This document shows positions 8,546-15,252 of a DNA stretch of 24,000 bases, one piece after another. The notes beneath the pieces are model-generated. The model searched no databases and had not been told where the DNA came from. It saw only the letters and a program-made list of their open reading frames with translations. Numbering within the stretch: the first letter of the stretch is position 1; every line of letters begins with the position of its first letter. The DNA comes from an uncultured Methanosarcinales archaeon (GTDB lineage: Archaea; Nanobdellota; Nanobdellia; Woesearchaeales; ARS49), in NCBI GenBank assembly GCA_964617195.1, contig CAZTVK010000025.1, forward strand, positions 1,436 to 25,435, given 5' to 3'. The translations under genes were made by a program, and so were the position numbers.

Positions 8546-8619
8546 GCCCGAGTAGGCTAGCTTGGATAGACTGGAGGGTTGCGGTCCCTTCGACCTGGGT
8601 TCAAATCCCAGCTCGGGCG
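8546..8619 (+). tRNA. tRNA-Arg (anticodon GCG)
   Basis: GCCCGAG...CTCGGGC acceptor, T arm CTGGG-TTCAAAT-CCCAG, and anticodon arm GAGGG-TTGCGGT-CCCTT. The D stem pairs poorly by eye (GGCT/GACT), so the isotype and score need tRNAscan-SE. Confidence 0.78.
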
Positions 8620-8717
8620 TTTATAGATCTTAAGTCCAGATTTCTCCTTCACAATCCATATTAAAACTGAGTTCTTTGAATATTTTGGAGATGAAAAACA
8701 GGAGGTGATTAATACTG

Positions 8718-8752
8718 CCGGTCTGGGAGGATGCTCCCACCGGAAATTTTTT
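8718..8752 (+). terminator. GC-rich hairpin followed by T6 (terminator-like or sRNA 3' end)
   Basis: CCGGT-ct-GGGAG-GATG-CTCCC-ACCGG is 10 bp with a 2-nt bulge and a tetraloop, followed by AAATTTTTT. It lies in the 197-nt spacer between tRNA-Arg and the GGDEF-like gene. Confidence 0.4.
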
Positions 8753-8816
8753 ATAACGGCGCCTTTCCACAAATTCCTGAAGACAAAATATTCTTTATCA
8801 CTCTTCAGTAGTCAAA

Positions 8817-10046
8817 ATGGAAAGCTTTATAAACAGTGGAAAGAGAAACAAATCAATGGCGCCAGAACCAAATGAACAAAAAATAGTCATCACGCTAGAC
8901 CAGCTGCTTCTGGGCGTAAGAGAGAAAATCGGAGAGATAAAAGACGGGCTCATTCGAGCAGTCTCAGAAAAAGCATCACGAGGAACCACTGACTTCGGAG
9001 GAAAGGACGCATTTTTGGTAAGAGGATACTTTCCTGCGGATTACCTGCTAAACTCATCAAGCTACGTTCTTAAAACTCTCGAAGATGCAAGACATGATCC
9101 GTTGATAGAGGGACATGATAATTCTGAACTTCGAGGAAAAATAATGCGCCAAATCGAAGAAATAGCAAGAGACGTTTTTACGATACCTAAAGACATGACT
9201 TGGTCTGGCCTAGTTGATTTGAGCGAAAAATCCAGACGCCTCTACAAGGAAATGCTGCCAATAGTTGAGGAAAGCAGGCAGATCGATCACAGAACAGGCC
9301 TCAAAATATCTGACTATCTAACGAACTACTTATTCGAAAGCCTCAAACAATACCTCTCTCAACCCAACAAACACATCTCGATAGTATATCTTGATATGAA
9401 CAACTTCAAACTCTACAACGACATAGTAAAATCACACCAGGCAGACGTTGCAATCCAGCAAACAGCAGCACTCCTGAAGCAACTTCCAGAAGACGTTGTT
9501 GTAACAAGAAAAAACGACAAGAGAGGAGACGAATTCATGCTATTCATGCACAAAGATTATGACGGAGCAAGCAGAATCATGCATAAATTGTTTATTCCAC
9601 AATTTGACGAAAAACTTCCAGCCATGATCACGGCAGCAATGGAAAATAGTACGCAAAAATACGACGCCAACTTTGACAAGATGGGAGGAAAACTATCATT
9701 TGCAATAGGAATAAGTTCAACCTTGCTGCAGGACGGAACAACAATATTTGCAAGAGCAAGAAAAAGATTCGGGCAAACAGACGAAGAACTTTCAAGAGAA
9801 CTAGATTACTTCAATTCATGCGAGTCAGAAAAATGGCATGATAAATATGATAGTTTAAGTCCGGAAGTAAGAAAAAAAATACTCACGGCGCTCAAAGGAA
9901 CCTTGCAAGATGAAGCGGAAGCTGCGGCGCACTGGGCAAAAAACCTGTCAAAAGATAGGCATGAAAAAGAATTCTATGAAAAAACGGTTCTGCGGGCATA
10001 TGATCCAAAACTACCAGAATCAACTTATATTTACGTAGGACGATAA
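8817..10046 (+). CDS. GGDEF-like nucleotide cyclase domain protein with unknown N-terminal domain
   Basis: DHRTGL (DxLTGL), IVYLDMNNFKLYND (DxDxFKxxND), KSHQAD (in place of GHxxGD), KRGDEFMLFM (GGDEF position reads RGDEF), LSFAIGIS, and AEAAAHWAKNLSKDR (AD.ALY.AK..GRN). All are in the canonical order. Confidence 0.8.
   Translation: MESFINSGKRNKSMAPEPNEQKIVITLDQLLLGVREKIGEIKDGLIRAVSEKASRGTTDFGGKDAFLVRGYFPADYLLNSSSYVLKTLEDARHDPLIEGHDNSELRGKIMRQIEEIARDVFTIPKDMTWSGLVDLSEKSRRLYKEMLPIVEESRQIDHRTGLKISDYLTNYLFESLKQYLSQPNKHISIVYLDMNNFKLYNDIVKSHQADVAIQQTAALLKQLPEDVVVTRKNDKRGDEFMLFMHKDYDGASRIMHKLFIPQFDEKLPAMITAAMENSTQKYDANFDKMGGKLSFAIGISSTLLQDGTTIFARARKRFGQTDEELSRELDYFNSCESEKWHDKYDSLSPEVRKKILTALKGTLQDEAEAAAHWAKNLSKDRHEKEFYEKTVLRAYDPKLPESTYIYVGR
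9285..9971 (+). other. GGDEF-like (palm) domain within the 409-aa protein
   Basis: Covers about aa 157-385. The motifs listed for the CDS are all present. An insertion of about 60 aa lies between the SxGIS strand and the C-terminal A.AK helix. Confidence 0.65.
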
Positions 10047-10462
10047 GCTTTTTTGCGAAGATTCACTTGTTTTGTCTCTTCAGCTTCCATTGAAATCCTA
10101 ATTCCTGCTACTGACTTCTCGTGATCGAAAACATACGTGTTACCGTCAGAATGCTTGAACACAGTTTCCTTGAAATTTACAAGCAAACCTGCTGCTTTTT
10201 CTCTGGATGGCTTCTTTAAATCAAGCGTAAGACAATGATAAGACACACCATCTTTAGTAATGATGTCAGCACCAATCAGCTGGCCGCTAGTCACGTCCAG
10301 CGCACGGTTCTGAACATAAACTTCAGGATGATGAAGATATTGTGAACTTGCAAAATCCTCTTTCAATTTTTTAAGAGCGATCAGAATATGTAACGGGTCC
10401 TGTAAGCGTTCGGCTTCGTCCAACGTAGCCTTTATCTCATCAACCAAATCACGCTCTGGCAT
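10031..10462 (-). CDS. hypothetical protein (143 aa)
   Basis: ATG-initiated ORF 26 nt downstream of, and co-oriented with, the helicase fragment. Its 3' end overlaps the convergent GGDEF-like gene by 16 nt. No motif recognised. Confidence 0.6.
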   Translation of the reverse strand: MPERDLVDEIKATLDEAERLQDPLHILIALKKLKEDFASSQYLHHPEVYVQNRALDVTSGQLIGADIITKDGVSYHCLTLDLKKPSREKAAGLLVNFKETVFKHSDGNTYVFDHEKSVAGIRISMEAEETKQVNLRKKAYRPT

Positions 10463-10488
10463 ATGTCATCACTAAGCAGTTATTCTAT

Positions 10489-11949
10489 TTAAAGGTTTCC
10501 TTCACCAACCTGCACTTTCACAGATTTGGCAACAGCAGCGCCAAGAAGCTCTGCCAATTTTTCAACAGATGCTTTCCTGATATCGCCCAAATCCTTGATT
10601 CCAGCACGGAACATTTTTCTTGCTCTCACACGTCCAATGCCTTCCAGCCTGATCAATGGCAAAAGCTCCTCTTTCACACCATACTTCAACCGTAACCTAA
10701 CTTTCATAATCTCTTTCAACAAATCCTGATACTGCATCAAACGAGCAAGCTCATGACAGCCATACAACAGCCAATCCGCATTATCGATTTTCGCCCTCGA
10801 CTCACCAGGCCTGCTATCATAACGTTCCAAAAGCCACTCTTCATCCTTCTCATCAATCCAATCCTCAAGCATCAATGCTGTTTTCAAACTGTCAAGCCAA
10901 TCCTCATACTCATGCTCAAACATGCTCGGCTCATGCTCCAGCAAATACGACTCTAACAACGCGTACTTCTGCTGGATCTCATCATACTCCTTCTGCTTCA
11001 CTCTAAGCAATGGGCGCATCTCCAACGTATTAGAAACCGCGTGCAAGAATGAAATGGACTTCAACTTGGTATGCGTCGCGCGCTCCAACCTGCCCAACAA
11101 ATTATGAGCAGTCAACGGGTCAAGATAAAGCTCAGCAACTCTCTTTCCTATGAGAGTTGCACGATAACCTTCCTGCACTTCCTGCAAGAAACCCCACTCG
11201 ACCAACAATTTCAACATTTTATCAATCACGCGCGACATCCTTTCAAGATCCTTATATTGATGCGCCCAAAAAGTCCGGCTGAAAAAATCAAGAATAGACT
11301 CATTAGAAGAAATAACACGGGAAGAAATCAAAGAAAGCAGATAAGTGCGAAGCACAGGCTCAACAGCCAACTTGCTGTAAATATCCTCAGGAACACCTTT
11401 CAAATAATGCTCAACAATGTATTCCTTATCAGACTCTGTCTGAGCAAGCACAATAGCCTCGCCAAACGTGTCATATTTAGGACGGCCAGCCCTTCCAGCC
11501 ATCTGCAAGAATTCAAGCACAGGAATATGCGCCATGCCATGCATGCCAAACCGTTTCACATCACGAATTATAGCGCGAAAAGCAGGCAAATCAACACCAG
11601 CTGCCAAAGTCGGAGTGCAACAAATAATTTTTACAACACCAGCGCGAAAAGCATCCTCAACCAACTCCTTTTGCTTTGAATGCAAGCCAGCATGATGAAA
11701 CGCAATGCCTTTCTTGACGCATAAAGCCAAACGCTCGCACTGCTTTGTAGGTTTTGAAAGAGCAGAACGAACACTCTCAGACAACTTGTCAAGCTCAGCA
11801 CTCTTCAACTCAGTCTTTTTGCTGATGTCCTCAGCAACTTTTTCAGCAGAACGCTTCGCGTTAACGAACACCAAAGCCTGCTTTTTGATTTCAATAGTAT
11901 CAAGCGCGACATTAATGACAGGATCACTCGTTTTTTCAGCTATTTTCAT
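10489..11949 (-). CDS. hel308: Hel308/Ski2-like helicase, C-terminal portion only (RecA2 + winged helix + ratchet + HhH)
   Basis: Helicase motifs IV-VI are present: ALVFVNAKR, CCTPTLAAGVDLPA, QMAGRAGRP. A Sec63/ratchet-like region and a C-terminal helix-hairpin-helix (LEGIGRVRARKMFRAGI) follow. There is no Walker A or DEAH, and the ORF begins where RecA2 starts. Confidence 0.88.
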   Translation of the reverse strand: MKIAEKTSDPVINVALDTIEIKKQALVFVNAKRSAEKVAEDISKKTELKSAELDKLSESVRSALSKPTKQCERLALCVKKGIAFHHAGLHSKQKELVEDAFRAGVVKIICCTPTLAAGVDLPAFRAIIRDVKRFGMHGMAHIPVLEFLQMAGRAGRPKYDTFGEAIVLAQTESDKEYIVEHYLKGVPEDIYSKLAVEPVLRTYLLSLISSRVISSNESILDFFSRTFWAHQYKDLERMSRVIDKMLKLLVEWGFLQEVQEGYRATLIGKRVAELYLDPLTAHNLLGRLERATHTKLKSISFLHAVSNTLEMRPLLRVKQKEYDEIQQKYALLESYLLEHEPSMFEHEYEDWLDSLKTALMLEDWIDEKDEEWLLERYDSRPGESRAKIDNADWLLYGCHELARLMQYQDLLKEIMKVRLRLKYGVKEELLPLIRLEGIGRVRARKMFRAGIKDLGDIRKASVEKLAELLGAAVAKSVKVQVGEGNL

Positions 11950-11992
11950 GATATTTACTCTCTAATCAGCACTTATTAACTTTTACCATAAC

Positions 11993-12003
11993 GTTTAAAA
12001 AGC
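11993..12003 (+). promoter_or_regulatory. TATA-box-like promoter element for tRNA-Ile
   Basis: GTTTAAAAAGC lies exactly 34 nt upstream of the tRNA 5' end. Confidence 0.5.
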
Positions 12004-12026
12004 GTCATATTCCCCACCACAGATAC

Positions 12027-12100
12027 GAGCCCGTAGCTTAGCCTGGTGGAGCACTCGACTGATAATCGAGCGGTCCCGTGTTCAACTCACGGCGGGCTCA
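12027..12100 (+). tRNA. tRNA-Ile (anticodon GAT)
   Basis: Acceptor GAGCCCG/CGGGCTC, D arm GCTT-AGCCTGGTG-GAGC, anticodon arm CTCGA-CTGATAA-TCGAG, and T arm CCGTG-TTCAACT-CACGG. Followed by TTTTATTTTT. Confidence 0.92.
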
Positions 12101-12160
12101 TTTTATTTTTCTTCGCAACGCTTTTAAATGGTAACTCATCTATCGTCGATAGGTGGGTGG

Positions 12161-13249
12161 ATGGTAGAGATAGACATAGGACACAATTATGACCAGCGCG
12201 TAATCGATGGAATGTACGTAAAGTCCTCACGCTATTTCCGCCGCACACTAGACTCAGGGAAACCAAAAGTACTGGGACTTGAGAATTTGCTTTCAATTCC
12301 GCAAGACGCTTCTGCAGTTTTGGTATCAACACACAAAAGCCACTTGGATTATGTTGTTGTTCCCTGGGTGCTTAGAGAACACCAAACACCAAAAGGAGAA
12401 AGACCGCTAGCCATCGCAGCAGGCGACAACCTCTTCAAGCGAATCGCAAAATGGAATTTTGACAAATTTTTACGAACGTGCGGCGGGTACAAAATAATCA
12501 GGAAACCCCAGCCCGGCAAAAAAATAGCAACCACGGGAACACAACTCAACTACACTGCTGAACGCATGGAAGCAGCAGACTGGTTCCTAATATTTCCAGA
12601 ATGCGGCAGATCATACACAGGCGAAGTAATGCCATTTGACCCGGCAGCACTCGGAATATTCCAAAGAGCAGAAAAAAGATCTGAAAGAAAAGTCGTATAT
12701 GTTCCCACAACCATAGGATATGAACGCGTGCCAGAAGACAGATGGTTTACGGCATTCGCAAATTACAAATCATCAGTATCACACCTCAAAAAACTTCTTT
12801 ACTACGCTCTAGACTGGCCGCTAATCTTTGCACAACAGTACATCGGAATCTGGAACAAACCAATCGGGCAAATCGTCATCCGCTTCGGCACACCACTAAC
12901 CAGCTCGGAAGGAAACACACCTCTGAGCAAGGAAGATTTTGCGGCGCGCATGGAAAACGCCTGCAAATCAATAGTTCCTGCATTCTCAACAAACATTTTA
13001 GCCACAGCGCTCCTGCAATCTGAAAGTCCGGCACAACTAGGCCACAAAATTGCCGAAGTATACGATCATCTAAACCAGCGCGGAGTCATCGCGAATCCAG
13101 ACGAAAGAGATCACATACTGCGCGCAGCACGATTCCTAAGCGCTCCACTGAGAAATTTCTTCCATAACGGCGGCGCTTACGGAATAGGACGGATGGACAT
13201 CATCGAATATTACCGCAACTGCACCGCACACCATTTCAAGTCAACATGA
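12161..13249 (+). CDS. PlsB/GPAT-family glycerol-3-phosphate (or DHAP) acyltransferase-like protein
   Basis: All four GPAT/LPLAT blocks are in order: STHKSHLDYVVV (HxxxxD), CGGYKIIRK, IFPECGRSYTGE and VYVPTTIGYERV. These compare with E. coli PlsB HRSHMDY / GAFFIRR / FVEGGRSRTG / IGYEHV as I recall them. The ATG at 12161 is preceded by AGGTGGGTGG, and the track ATG at 12128 sits inside a TATA-like CTTTTAAATG. Confidence 0.82.
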   Translation: MVEIDIGHNYDQRVIDGMYVKSSRYFRRTLDSGKPKVLGLENLLSIPQDASAVLVSTHKSHLDYVVVPWVLREHQTPKGERPLAIAAGDNLFKRIAKWNFDKFLRTCGGYKIIRKPQPGKKIATTGTQLNYTAERMEAADWFLIFPECGRSYTGEVMPFDPAALGIFQRAEKRSERKVVYVPTTIGYERVPEDRWFTAFANYKSSVSHLKKLLYYALDWPLIFAQQYIGIWNKPIGQIVIRFGTPLTSSEGNTPLSKEDFAARMENACKSIVPAFSTNILATALLQSESPAQLGHKIAEVYDHLNQRGVIANPDERDHILRAARFLSAPLRNFFHNGGAYGIGRMDIIEYYRNCTAHHFKST

Positions 13250-15166
13250 AATGCTCTCTTCAGAATAAGCTCTCAGCAGCAAAACCAAATCACCAATTTC
13301 TAAAAGACCGTTCTTATTCATATCCAATTCAACAGGACAGAACGAAGTCAGTTCTTCAACATTACATTGCAAGTTCTCGCCAAAAAAGCCAGAGATCAAC
13401 AACACCAAATCACCAATATCAAACTCCTCATTATTGTTTCTGTCAAGATTCATAATGCAAGTCTGAGATGTGAAAGAAACAGAATCCTCGGCTGAAACAC
13501 TCTGCGAGTCCTCAGCTGAGAAAATAACAGTATGCTCTCCAGGAGCAAAAGGAACAGTAATCTGATTGCCAACGCCCAAGACAGCATCCTCTTCTTTCCA
13601 AGTGCCTGACAATTCACCATCCTCAACATCATCAGCAGAACCCTCAAGCGTAACAGGAGACTTAGCAGACCCACCAGGAGAAGTTATGCTCGCGCTCGGA
13701 GGATTATTACCAGCAGGAGGTGTAGGAACAGGAGACGGACTTGGTTCAGGTGATGGAGACGGCTCAGGAGAAGGCGATGGACTTGGAGATGGTTCGGGTG
13801 TAGGTATTGGACTCGGAGACGGACTTGGCTCAGGTGACGGGCTTGGAGATGGTTCAGGGGAAGGAGACGGAGGCGTCAATGATTGAACAGCAGCCAAAGC
13901 ATCAATGCGCTTGAAACCACTTATTGGAACGCCCGTATCCTGCATGATTTGTTTCATCTGATCAGGCGACAACTGCAAATTTAGTAATTCAGCATATTGG
14001 CTCAACAACGCAACCAAACCAGAAACATGAGGAGTTGACTGAGAAGTGCCAGATAGAGAACCATACAAATTATTCGCCTTTGTACTAATGATAGACGCGC
14101 CAGGAGCAAGAACATCAAGCAACGGCCCCCTGTTAGAAAAGCCCGCCATCAAATCACTCTTTGTAGTCGCGCCAACAGAAATAGAATTCGGACTGCAACC
14201 AGGATAACTCACGCCATTCGCATAACCATTATTGCCAGAAGCAAACACGGACACGATTCCCGCGTTATACGCGGCATCGATTGCTACATCAAAATAAGTC
14301 GGACACTGCGCCTGAGTCTGATAGTTTCCGCCATCACCAATACTGCCAGAAATCGCAACAATATCAAACTGGTCCTTCACCTGCAAACAATAATCAATAC
14401 CAGCAAAAATATCAGCCAAATTACAACCAGCATTGCAAACTTTCACAGCGACAATATTAACTCCAGGCGCAACACCCTTGTAAGCTGGACCATTTGCCGC
14501 AATAATTCCAGAAACGTGCGTTCCATGACTGACAGAATGAGTATCAGTAGCTAAAACATCAGTCGCCTGCCCATTAGGACAACAATTCGGATAACAAAAA
14601 CACTTCTGGTTTACAATACGATTCTGAAAATCAACATGAGGAGAAATTCCGGTATCAACCACGCAAACACTCCTGCCACTGCCATCAATATTTTGCGTTT
14701 GCCAAACATCATCAGCATTAATCAAAGGAACACTATCAAGTAAAGTAAGCTCGAACTGAAAATTTGGATAAACAGCCTCAACTAACGGATGAGATTCCAA
14801 CTCGGCAATGCCATCAGAAGTAGCCTCAACAACCATCGCAGGAACAATATCCAAAAACCTCTCAGCTTCAACATCAGGAGAATGCTCGATTCCAAACAAA
14901 CGCTCGAAAAAAGAAGGACTATTCACGTCATCCAAAACTTCCTGCTGCGCAATAGCAGTAGAAACTTTCAACTCATCCAAAGAAGACGATTCTTCACCAA
15001 AAGATAACGCGCCGGTTATCGCACTGCTAGACTGAGCTTTCAAAACAACCACAACAGTTTGCGGAAGCTCACTCGTCACTCCACCAGTAATATTCGGCTT
15101 ACCCCAAATGAGGAAAGAGAACAGAATCAACATTCCAAAAGCCAAAGCAATACGAACACGTTTCAT
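13241..15166 (-). CDS. secreted subtilisin-like serine protease (S8) with Pro/Ser linker, Ig-like domain and C-terminal dockerin
   Basis: Catalytic triad contexts VCVVDTGI (Asp), HGTHVSGIIAANG (His) and GTSQSTPHVSGLVALL (Ser). It has an N-terminal signal/anchor MKRVRIALAFGMLILFSFLIWG. The track start at 15175 is GTG, and the ATG is at 15166. Confidence 0.93.
   Translation of the reverse strand: MKRVRIALAFGMLILFSFLIWGKPNITGGVTSELPQTVVVVLKAQSSSAITGALSFGEESSSLDELKVSTAIAQQEVLDDVNSPSFFERLFGIEHSPDVEAERFLDIVPAMVVEATSDGIAELESHPLVEAVYPNFQFELTLLDSVPLINADDVWQTQNIDGSGRSVCVVDTGISPHVDFQNRIVNQKCFCYPNCCPNGQATDVLATDTHSVSHGTHVSGIIAANGPAYKGVAPGVNIVAVKVCNAGCNLADIFAGIDYCLQVKDQFDIVAISGSIGDGGNYQTQAQCPTYFDVAIDAAYNAGIVSVFASGNNGYANGVSYPGCSPNSISVGATTKSDLMAGFSNRGPLLDVLAPGASIISTKANNLYGSLSGTSQSTPHVSGLVALLSQYAELLNLQLSPDQMKQIMQDTGVPISGFKRIDALAAVQSLTPPSPSPEPSPSPSPEPSPSPSPIPTPEPSPSPSPSPEPSPSPEPSPSPVPTPPAGNNPPSASITSPGGSAKSPVTLEGSADDVEDGELSGTWKEEDAVLGVGNQITVPFAPGEHTVIFSAEDSQSVSAEDSVSFTSQTCIMNLDRNNNEEFDIGDLVLLISGFFGENLQCNVEELTSFCPVELDMNKNGLLEIGDLVLLLRAYSEESISC
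13244..13456 (-). other. dockerin module (two EF-hand-like Ca-binding repeats)
   Basis: DRNNNEEFDIGDLVLLISGFF and DMNKNGLLEIGDLVLLLRAY both fit the dockerin pattern D-x-N-x-(D/N)-x(3)-(D/E)-x-x-D plus a hydrophobic helix. They are separated by about 22 aa. Confidence 0.8.
13710..13874 (-). repeat. coding tandem repeat: (P-S-P-S-P-E)n-type Pro/Ser-rich linker
   Basis: PPSPSPEPSPSPSPEPSPSPSPIPTPEPSPSPSPSPEPSPSPEPSPSPVPTPP. The DNA shows imperfect 18/36-nt periodicity (ggagacggacttggYtcaggtgaY recurs). Confidence 0.85.
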
Positions 15167-15252
15167 AAAGATCACTCTTTTCTATATCTGAAACACGCAC
15201 TGCTTAAATGCTTTTCGAGAAGTATAATATAACAAAACGCGAATGCAACACC

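Noticed and set aside
8557-8772. 71-aa minus-strand ORF
   Set aside because: It overlaps the tRNA-Arg gene and the hairpin/T-run spacer. It has no start context and a nonsensical composition.
8817-10046. GGDEF-like protein considered as a Cas10/type III CRISPR polymerase-cyclase or CBASS-type cyclase
   Set aside because: It is too small and lacks an HD or second palm domain. The motifs (DxLTGL, FKxYND) are specific to the GGDEF family. No cas genes, array or recognisable effector gene is adjacent, since the neighbouring 143-aa ORF is convergent rather than operonic.
12087-12332. 81-aa minus-strand ORF
   Set aside because: It overlaps the 3' end of tRNA-Ile and is antisense to the acyltransferase gene.
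13710-13874. Tandem DNA repeat considered as a possible CRISPR or minisatellite
   Set aside because: The period is 18/36 nt with no unique spacers. It lies in-frame within the subtilase and encodes a Pro/Ser linker. No CRISPR-like array exists anywhere in the window.
13566-13886. 106-aa Gly/Asp-rich plus-strand ORF (…GDGLGSGDGDGSGEGDG…)
   Set aside because: It is the reverse-complement image of the PSPSPE linker repeat of the subtilase, and the subtilase frame carries the catalytic triad and dockerin.
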